Source: Octopus bimaculoides
Taxonomy: Eukaryota
Direction of reading: 5' to 3'
NCBI RefSeq assembly: GCF_001194135.2
Contig: NC_068991.1
Span: 8,008,141-8,072,140, forward strand
DNA: 64,000 bases
Part shown: one piece after another, positions 54,089 through 64,000 of the stretch
Position numbering within the stretch: the stretch's first letter is position 1
How the letters are laid out: every line of letters starts with the position of its first letter
Notes under the pieces: model-generated
Told to the model about the DNA's origin: nothing
The model's database searches: none
The model's input: the letters and a program-made list of their open reading frames with translations, nothing else
Program-made: the position numbers and the translations under genes

Positions 54089-54974
54089 AGCTCTGTCACT
54101 AATAACTAAATAACACATTTTATCATATGTATGTAAACACACTCTTGCTGTGAAGATTGTTTTGGTTTCGCAACCCAAATTAACAAAAACACACGAATAA
54201 AAAGCAAATAGGTTTCTACTGGAAACTGAATTAAGACCACGTTTAATGTAACAAAACTTCTTGGTCAATGAAATATTAGACTTAAAATCAAATTCCATTA
54301 GACTCTTCAGGCCTCTCTTCCAAGCTCATTGAATTACATCTTTTCATTTTATTTTATATCATTTACTTGTTTCAGTCATTGGACTATGGCCCTGCTGGAA
54401 CATTGCCTCAGAGGATTTTCGTCTCAGACAAATTGACCCTAATAATTATTTCTTATTTCAAAGTCAGATACGTATTTTATCAGCTCCTTTTGCTGAACCA
54501 CTAAGTTACAGGGATGAAAACAAACCGACACCAGTTGTCCGAGTATGGCTGTGTAGTTAAGCTCATTTTGTAACCACATGGCTTTGAGTTCTGTCCCAAT
54601 GTGTAGCACCCTGAGTAAGTGTCTTCTACTATAGACCTGGGGTGACCAATGCCTTGTGAGGGAATTTGGTACACAGAAACTGTGGAAGTCCATCATGTGT
54701 GTGTGTGTGTGTGTGTGTGTGTTTGATTTCCTATATGAAGAATTTGGAATAACATATTCTCTCCTGTTCCCCTCTCTTGAAAACATCCACTGAATGGAAT
54801 CTATAGAAATTTTGCACTCTTTCTCTTGGAATTCCATCTATGGAAATTTCATGGCAAGATTCCAGGAATCTTGTCTTCCAAACTTTTAAATATATTATAA
54901 TATACACAATGGGGAAGTTTATAGGAAGTGAATATTTTTGAATAACTTAATTTTGTCCATTACAGTTTGTGTTC

Positions 54975-55028
<54 letters not shown>

Positions 55029-55502
55029 ATACATAGACATGCTTCTCATAGTTTGTTGGCAGAGAAACATATTTGAAGTTGCATAGAGAATTTCAAGTAC
55101 CATGAACAGAAAATGCACTTTTTTAATGCTATATTTGTGTTTTTTGATGATTTAATCTTAGAAACACAATAAAAAAAGAAAATATAGAAATGTAAATATA
55201 TTGAACTTAGAATGATATATGCACACTAACATAATACACACACACATAGACATACACACACACACACACACACACACACTAAGAGTAACAATATCAAAAT
55301 GTAAATGGAAATATCTCATGCAGTAAGTTTGAAGATTTTTCATTTATTTTCTATCCCACATTGAAAGAAATGTGTGTGTGTGTGTGTGTGTGTATGTGTG
55401 TGTGTGTATGGGCTTGACCTACCTTATTTTATCTATCTCTATCCATCTACCCTCCCCTTCCCTATAGTAATATTGCATTATTACAATACTGATATTTTTA
55501 CA

Positions 55503-55606
<104 letters not shown>

Positions 55607-57390
55607 TGTATAATGTGTGTATCAGTCTTGTTACCTCAATTGCGTAATACTTTTCTTTTATTTTACTTCGCATGAACAGACAATCAATACTATATTTATG
55701 CAGCTAACATTTGATATAATTTTATTAAGTTTGCATCACTTTGTTATTTGAATAAAATATTAATATGACACACAAACATACAGGATATTCTATACCCTGT
55801 TCTTTAGATTATTAATAGATTTTTCTTTCCTTTTCATTTCTTCAAATATTTCTTTTAACACAACACATATGTGTAGTATTTTCATAAGTAGTGACAAATG
55901 ATTACAGTTTGACGATAACAAGACATAAGAATCTATGACTCTAACTTCATCTTGTTACACTATTTTGACTATAGTAAACTACAGCATTGCTTTAAGGCAA
56001 TGACGTCTGATACAGTCTGGTCATGATATTTATATTCATATTATATCTATAACATGGAATATTTATTATCCTAAACAGTGTGTTTTATTATGTATTTTGT
56101 TAAAGGTGTGAGAGCTATCAGCCTTAATAATTGATGAAATTTAGAAATAATTTTATTGTTTGTCTTTTTCATATTAAATATTCAAAATCAATATTTATAG
56201 CTATTTCGAAGGACATGCAGACAATTACAGAGTAGACTGTTATGTGTAAAGGAATTTATTAGTTTCAATGGTCAACATATTGGATATTTTTATAGTGTGT
56301 CTTCTTATTGTTATGTATTGGTTTTCTTTTTATTTATTAATATGATCGGTTGTTATCCTTATGTTGTTACATATTTTTGGTCAAATTAAATTCACTTTAT
56401 TGATTTTATTGCAGTTGCATTTTATTTTAATAATCGATAACGCAATTAATATGAATTCTGTTTCATGTCCATAATGAGATTCAACACTGACATCGACAGA
56501 TACCCTGTCAATGTCATGGCTTTAAACCTTTTTGTTATCAGAAACATTTTAAATAATTGCATTAATTGTCCTAGTTCTTTTTTTCTGGGGGGTTTTTTTT
56601 TTTTATGTTTGCCAACATTTGTAATCCATTGACAAGAACAGGAAAAAAAAAATTTCTACTGTCTCATGTTTTAAGTGGAAACATACATGCATGTTCATAG
56701 GTGTTTGCACTCATCCGTAACATACATGAACATTTATACACAGCCATCCTTTACTTAAACACACGTTCTCATCTTTCACACTTAATCATTCATTCAATAT
56801 CATCATGTATACACACATACTTGAGTTTCTATGTATGTGTTTGTTTGTATGTATACATACATGTGTGTGCGTGTGTGTAATGATGATGCATGGCATAGTG
56901 GTTAGGGTGTTGCACTCGTGATTGCAAGATTGTGGTTTCAATTCCTAGACCGTGTAGTGTGCTGTGTTTCATTTCAGGTTGCTCTGCAATCACTTCAACA
57001 TCTGATGTGTGGTACACCATGCACCTATTCAGGCAGCGTAGATTTGATGGAAGGAGTCAACTAATGTACAGCATATACATTTGATCACAATAAACAAATC
57101 ATTTGTGCAGGTCACTTGGCAAAAGCTGAACACTCATACATTGTCTTCAAAAGGAGAGTCCATCATATATATATTATATGTATATATATATAATTATGTA
57201 TGTGTGTGTGTGTGTGTGTACACACAACAGGATTCTGTACAGTTTCAATCTATCAATTCCAGTCATATGGCATTAGTTAGTCCAGAGTTATAGCAGGAAA
57301 CACTTGCCCAATGTGCTGCACAGTGAAACGGAACCTGAAGCCATATGGTTGCAAAAACAAACTTCTTAAACGCACAACCAACCCTGCACT

Positions 57391-57435
<45 letters not shown>

Positions 57436-57537
57436 TTAGGATAAAATCTTTAAAAGAATTTTTCAAGTATTAAGTGTGAAAACCTCATAAGGGAAAAATT
57501 TGTAATTATTCTCTTTAAATATATTTATTTATACTAA

Positions 57538-57689
57538 GGGCAGTACTACATGTAAATGCCTCACACTTTTAGGGACTCTTAAAGTCAAAACTACCATAAT
57601 AAATACAATGTATTTATTATGTATTTATTATCGTAGTTTTGACTTTAAGAGTCCCTGATAGTATGAGGCATTTATGTGTAGTAATGCCC
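57538..57689. mobile_element. Fully palindromic foldback element (MITE-like)
   Basis: 70-bp arms, 63/70 complementary; flanked by CTAA and TTAA; GGG...CCC ends. Confidence 0.75.
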
Positions 57690-58933
57690 TTAATTTAAAT
57701 AAATAAACACACACACACACACACACACACAACTTTAATGAAACTTAGATATGCTTTGGCCAAAATTGGCTTAATACACGTCTAAATTAATAGCATCATC
57801 AAATAGAATCTGTTAAGCCAATTTTAAGTCAGGTTTTGTGGTATTCATAGACATTAATAGTTTCAGTCTTACACATGCATACACAGTTATGAGATGAGAT
57901 AACACACATAAAGTTAATGCCAGTCAATGCCAGTCAAATTACTAGCAAAATGGTCCTCATTGATTGTTTCACTTTTCGTCCATTTGTTCTTCTAATATTG
58001 TGATATCTTAAATTCCTTGTAGATCTGACAGTCACTAGAATGTGACTTGATTGTTTTCAAAGGAATATTTACAGAAATGATGACAAAATGAGAGATTGAC
58101 ATAACACAAACTTTTCAAAATATACTTTATTGAAAATGAATTTCAATGAATGAAAATCAAATTTGTATTAAAATGATTGGGAAGTGTATTAGACACATTT
58201 TAAACTTCAATGATAAAGATCTTATATTTCGCTTTTATTTCAAAATTTATTGAAGACGCTCTAAACTTCAAAAAAAAAAAAAAAAAAAAAAAAATTATTT
58301 AATTAAAAAAACAGTTATAGGGCAAACATCTTCTGCCAGTTGGCAACATTTGTTAAAATTCATAAAGATCTGGAGTTACAATTTTAATTATTCATTTATT
58401 TTGAAGGAGTATTTATGCTGCCAATTGACCTCATAAAAATAGCAACCAAATATGCCTCAAATAACACCTTATCATCTAAAAACGATGTAATGGTATGTTA
58501 GATAGTGTTGTCTGAGACATACTATGTCTGAATAAAGGTTAGCATAACTGGAATATTTTTGATCTTTGAGGTCTGCTAGATCAAAGTTTAACAGCAACAT
58601 TTAGCAACAAGTTTCATTTATGTATGAATTCCATAAAGAAAGCTCATTTTTATTAGTTTGATTTATTTAGCATCAATTTTTTTCTCTGTCACATTATGAG
58701 TTGGTTTGTTTTCCTTCTACAGATTTACACGATAGCAAGTATGTTATTGAAAAGCATGCATTTACAACTTAGATGTCTTTCATAATATTAACTATTTAGT
58801 TTTGCAGCAGTAATAATGCTTATTTTATCTGTGCAGCATTTATAAAATCTTGTGATATTTGAGTGTTGAATGGGAAAGCTCTGCAAAAGGCTAAAGAAAA
58901 GAGAATTAACATTATACATCCTACAAATGTGCC

Positions 58934-59215
58934 ATGTTTTGCTTCAAAAGACTAAATAGAAATGAGATGAGGATAGAACTTGGCATTAAAAAGTTCAATC
59001 AATATTTGAAGGATAGATGTCTGTACATGTTTGTACACACATGTATAATGCATGCAAATGGACAACATCTACATGAAAGTGTCATGTGTCGATGGTGGAA
59101 GATTTATTTCCATAGCAAAAGTAAGAAGATTTGAGGGGAGAAAATGAGATGTTAGATTTGAGGAAAATGAGCTGCACAAAAAACAGAAGACGCAAGATCA
59201 AGCAGTGTGGTATAT
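58934..59215 (+). mobile_element. Highly decayed RTE-like ORF2 C-terminus
   Basis: NRNEMRIELGIKKFNQYLKDRCLYMFVH loosely fits 'RNEEIR..LG......K.RL.WFGH'; KTQD.AVW follows downstream. Confidence 0.35.
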
Positions 59216-59374
59216 ATCATACCGCAGGCCCCCATCAAGACATTAATGAAAAAATGTTTCAATTAATCTGAAGTTTAAAAACAATCGATAATTCATTATT
59301 TTCCACAGTTTTCTTACATAGGCTGTGAAAGGAAAACTATGGTGAAGCCATCTTGTTACTAATGTTTCTTCTAC

Positions 59375-59757
59375 TTTATTCTTTCATTTGTTTCTGTCAT
59401 TTGACTGCAGCCATGCTGGAGCACCGCCTTTAGTCGAGCAAATTGGCCCCAGGACTTATTCTTATTCTATCGGTCTCTCTTGCTGAACCATTAAGTAATG
59501 GGGGCGTAAACACACCAGCATCAGTTGTCAAGTGACGTTGCAGTGGGGTGGGGACAAAGACAGACCCACAAACACACACACACACACACACACACAACAG
59601 GCTTCTTTCAGTTTCCGTCTACCAAATCCACTCACAAGACTTTGGTCGGCCTGAGGCTATAGCAGAAGACACTCGCCCAAAGTGCCACACAATGGGACTG
59701 AACCCAGAACCATGTGGCTGGTAAGCAGGCTCCTTACCACACAGCCACTCCTGTGCA
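59375..59757 (-). mobile_element. SINE family A copy
   Basis: Collinear with 17391-17794 and retains several CpGs. Confidence 0.88.
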
Positions 59758-60239
59758 TATAAGCCACTTCTTGTATATTTTTTATAAATAATTTTATAGT
59801 CTACCGGCTTCTATTATATAAAGCCAGTTAGGATATATATTTTTGTTGGGGGGTGAAAAAGAAAAAAAATTTGAAGAAATCTTGTTAATTCACTTGAGTT
59901 AAGTCTTAATGGTTCATGAAAAAAGTCTTGATAGAAGTGGAAGTTTGTTTCAAACCTATTAATAGTAAAATGTCTCTGGTGTATCTGGTTAAATAATATT
60001 ACTTTGACATAAATAAGTTTGACATATGGATAACCATTACATTTTGTACTTATGAATATTTCATTACTAATTTAGTTTATATATAGCTTTCACCAAAGAT
60101 CTTAGTAATTACATTTACTTCTTTCTTTCACCTCAGCTCAAATAGATTCAGTACTGCTGTTGGCGAGCACCAGACTAGATGTTTCACAACTATTTCATTC
60201 TGATTTCAATAATTCACTAGTTCTGATCTGATTTTGACT

Positions 60240-60490
60240 TCCATTTCTCCCTCCCTCCCCTCCCCTCCCCCTCTCTCCTCTCTCTTCTCTCTCCTTTTTT
60301 TTCTCTTTCCTTTTTTTCTCTCTCCTTTTTTTCTCTCTCCTTTTTTTTCTCTCTCCTTTTTTTCTCTCTCCTTTTTTTTCTCTCTCCCTTTTTTTCTCTC
60401 TCCCTCCTCTCTCTTCTCTCTCCTTTTTCTCTCTCCCTCCTCTCTCTTCTTACTCTCCTCTTTCTCCTCCCTCCCTCCCTCTCTCTCTAG
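60240..60490. repeat. Polypyrimidine tract with a ~16-bp (ttttttttctctctcc) periodicity
   Basis: Almost purely C/T for about 250 bp. Confidence 0.95.
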
Positions 60491-60509
60491 TATCGATAGT
60501 GTTGATAAT

Positions 60510-61270
60510 NNNNNNNNNNNNNNNNNNNNNNNNNNNNNNNNNNNNNNNNNNNNNNNNNNNNNNNNNNNNNNNNNNNNNNNNNNNNNNNNNNNNNNNNNNN
60601 NNNNNNNNNNNNNNNNNNNNNNNNNNNNNNNNNNNNNNNNNNNNNNNNNNNNNNNNNNNNNNNNNNNNNNNNNNNNNNNNNNNNNNNNNNNNNNNNNNNN
60701 NNNNNNNNNNNNNNNNNNNNNNNNNNNNNNNNNNNNNNNNNNNNNNNNNNNNNNNNNNNNNNNNNNNNNNNNNNNNNNNNNNNNNNNNNNNNNNNNNNNN
60801 NNNNNNNNNNNNNNNNNNNNNNNNNNNNNNNNNNNNNNNNNNNNNNNNNNNNNNNNNNNNNNNNNNNNNNNNNNNNNNNNNNNNNNNNNNNNNNNNNNNN
60901 NNNNNNNNNNNNNNNNNNNNNNNNNNNNNNNNNNNNNNNNNNNNNNNNNNNNNNNNNNNNNNNNNNNNNNNNNNNNNNNNNNNNNNNNNNNNNNNNNNNN
61001 NNNNNNNNNNNNNNNNNNNNNNNNNNNNNNNNNNNNNNNNNNNNNNNNNNNNNNNNNNNNNNNNNNNNNNNNNNNNNNNNNNNNNNNNNNNNNNNNNNNN
61101 NNNNNNNNNNNNNNNNNNNNNNNNNNNNNNNNNNNNNNNNNNNNNNNNNNNNNNNNNNNNNNNNNNNNNNNNNNNNNNNNNNNNNNNNNNNNNNNNNNNN
61201 NNNNNNNNNNNNNNNNNNNNNNNNNNNNNNNNNNNNNNNNNNNNNNNNNNNNNNNNNNNNNNNNNNNNNN
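60510..61270. other. Assembly gap, largest of 19 N-runs
   Basis: Other large runs include 7199-7805, 20838-21382, 22223-22772, 26060-26572, 30274-30619, 32192-32560 and 39709-40450. Confidence 1.
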
Positions 61271-61586
61271 AGACCGGGCGTTGTGAGTATTTATTGAGCG
61301 AAAACACCTAAAAGCTCCACGAGGCTCCAGCAGGGGATGGTGATGAACCCTGCTGTACTCTTTCACCACAACTTTCTCTCACTCTTACTTCCTGTTTCTG
61401 TTGTGCCTGTAATTCAAAGGGTCAGCCTTGTCACACTGTGTCACGCTGAATATCCCCAAGAACTACGTTAAAGGTACACGTGTCTGTGGAGTGCTCAGCC
61501 ACTTGCATGTTAATTTCACGTGCAGGCTGTTCCGTTGATCGAATCAACTGGAACCCTCGACGTCATAAGCAACGGAGTGCCAACAA
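61271..61586 (+). mobile_element. SINE family C copy
   Basis: Matches about 41365-41680; ends ggagtgccaacaac. Confidence 0.85.
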
Positions 61587-62133
61587 CCTTGCTAATGCCA
61601 GCCACTTTATGGAGTAAGTTAGATGATTTTTATGTGGTACCAACACTGATGTGGTCAATTTGGTATAATTATTTACAGCTGGATGCCCTTCCTAATGCCA
61701 ACCATTTTACAGAATGGGCTGAGTGCTTCTTATGTGGCGTCAGCACCGGCAAAGTCAGTTTGGCATATTTTTTATGGTTGAGTGCCCTTCCTACCACCAA
61801 CCACTTTACTGCATGGACTGGTACTATTCACATCAAGGTGGAAAAAAAAAAAAGCCAAACTAAATGTTGACTCCTCCAGATTTCAAACTCAGGACAGAGA
61901 GGTAATTAAACAAAATACAGTAAATGCATTCATTCTGACATTTTCTACAAACTTAGCCTTTCTTCCTTCTCTCAATAACGTATCATTTTGTCCTTAAAAC
62001 TTGATAATACTAAAAGAGCTTTAAAGGTTCCTTTGAAACCAAAATGAGATACATACCAGTCTATATTTATAATGTTTAATAGTTTTAACATACCGGTACT
62101 CTCTTTCTCTTCCTCCCTCCTCCTCCTCCTCCT

Positions 62134-62167
<34 letters not shown>

Positions 62168-62787
62168 CTTGAACCAAATTTGTAAGTCAGTCGTATGGCT
62201 TCTTTATTTTCTTGTAAAATAAAGTTTATAATTCTTGAGCAAAGAAAAATAGCTTATCTCTTACTCTCATGGATATAACATATCACATTCTGAACATTTT
62301 ATTTTCTTTTATTTTTTTGTTTTAACTTAGTGTTACTAAATTTGGTAAAAATACACACAAGGTCATCATATGTTCAATGACAGCGATAGCAGAGTATGTG
62401 ATGGTAGAATATGTTGCTCAAGTTTACTGCAAAAGTATTTATGCTTTTATAATCCAACAATCTTTCATTTTTATACTTCATATTCATTCTCGGTTGTTTA
62501 TTTGTTACAGAGGCAGCAAAAAGGTTAAACTTGTTATGCCTTTTCTGTTTTTTATTTATCACATTTCTTATGAACAGTAGCTTTGTTGGATACAGATTCT
62601 CAGTTACCCAATTAATGCTTCATTGTATTTACAATAAAGAAATTGACGAGGGATTGTCTGTACAAATTGGGCAGAACAAATATCACTAGGAGTTTGTCCA
62701 AAAGCACTAGTTTCTTGGTTTTTGTCGCTGGTGTCGACATCTTTCACTGATTTACATTGCTGAAAGATATGTTGCATGTGTGTGCAT

Positions 62788-62827
<40 letters not shown>

Positions 62828-62868
62828 CTAATATATCTGTAATATAACATGTGGCAATTATTCAGTTG

Positions 62869-63028
62869 TAATAAAACTCTGAGTTTCGGATGTTGGGGTG
62901 GAAATCTGTTCCAGCATCTTGTCAGTTATTAAGACAATTTTTTTCATAGCATTTTTTGATTGTCGTACTAACTGATGAGACGCCGGAGCAGATTTTCGCC
63001 CCGACATCCGAAACTCAGAGTTTTATTA
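62869..63028. repeat. 70-bp inverted repeat with 20-nt spacer
   Basis: 62869-62938 versus the reverse complement of 62959-63028: 60/70 identical by manual alignment. Confidence 0.95.
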
Positions 63029-63036
63029 TGGCAACC
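62960..63036 (+). ncRNA. Candidate type I hammerhead ribozyme
   Basis: Core CTGATGA at 62972-62978 and GAAA at 63010-63013; stem III ACU-cag-AGU; GUU cleavage triplet at 63020-63022; stem I 62960-62971/63023-63034 with 11 of 12 pairs (two G-U); imperfect stem II GACGCCGG/CCGACAUC. Confidence 0.6.
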
Positions 63037-63775
63037 AAATAGTTGTCACGTATTATATTACAGATAAATTCCTCTATTTACATAATATCGAGGTCTCATT
63101 CATACTTTTGTTGTTATATCATTACTATTAATATATATGTGTGTGTGTGTGTGTGTATTATAAGGTGTCAAAATTGTGATGATCTTTTGTCACTTACTGA
63201 TGAGAAGTCGATCCTGTCCACATCCATTATGTGTGCTTTCCTGTTTCCCACGTGTTCTTTTGTTGTTCCCATCGGCTGCATCTTATTATTATAGCTATTC
63301 AACTGATACACAATTGTTGAAAGATATGTGTGTATAACAGCTGTACCTATTGTAAGGTTCAGACTAATCATGTTTTATCTATGACCCACAAATTAAATTT
63401 GCAGTAGCCAGATACCTTTCCTGTTGCCAGTGTTCGCTTGTTTCCAAGCAAGGTTCGTTTTTTTTCCCCAGAAACTGGAAATGAACAATCTCACTTGTAT
63501 AATGATGTTTATTTATAAACATCATTTGATGTTCAAACAAGGGCCCTCGAAACTGGCTCTCTATTGGTTACAACAATGGGAGTCCCAGTTAACCCAATCA
63601 ACAAAATAGCCTGCTCTTGAAATTGAAGTGCAAGTGGTTGAATGCTCCACAGATGAGCTGGCCTTTTGAAATACAGATACTACTCATTTTTGCTGGCTGA
63701 GTGGACTGGAGCAACACGAAGTGTTTTCCTCAAGGACACAATGCACCATTGTTTATCAAACTCTTGGCCTTACAA

Positions 63776-64000
63776 TCATCATCATCATCATCATCATCGT
63801 TTAACGTCCGCTTTCCATGCTAGCATGGGTTGGACGATTTGACTGAGGACTGGTGAAACCGGATGGCAACACCAGGCTCCAGTCTGATTTGGCAGAGTTT
63901 CTACAGCTGGATGCCCTTCCTAACGCCAACCACTCAGAGAGTGTAGTGGGTGCTTTTACGTGTCACCCGCACGAAAACGGCCACGCTCGAAATGGTGTCT
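63776..64000 (-). mobile_element. Retroposon family D copy, running off the window end
   Basis: (atc)n followed by gtttaacgtccgctttccatgctagcatgggttggacgatttgact..., the reverse complement of the 13.7-13.96 kb copy. Confidence 0.88.

Noticed and set aside
53831-54109. ORF containing (MSNY)4
   Set aside because: It is explained by a 12-bp tandem repeat, and the flanking peptide is not protein-like.
63197-63235. CTGATGAG motif near the ribozyme pair
   Set aside because: No GAAA and no stems I or III.

Overview
AT-rich, repeat-dominated animal genomic DNA from a gapped draft assembly (19 N-runs, many abutting microsatellites). The repeat families match my recollection of octopus/cephalopod repeats; this is inference, not a database result. 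No host protein-coding exon could be recognised, so the window is probably intronic or intergenic. Most listed ORFs are microsatellite translations or span N-gaps. Contents: about 60 copies or fragments of several tRNA-headed SINE and SINE-like families; 5'-truncated LINE remnants (RTE-type RT motif, RTE-type C-termini, one ending in three C2H2 fingers, and an R4/Dong RLE end inside a (TAA)n tract); a DD41D Tc1/mariner fragment; TTAA-flanked MITEs; a Helentron/HINE-like element; and tandem repeats. The most notable signal is at 62869-63036: a 70-bp inverted repeat whose arms each carry a type I hammerhead-ribozyme-like fold, with the + strand copy retaining the full catalytic core. A second, CpG-decayed minimal hammerhead of Penelope type lies at 3727-3774.
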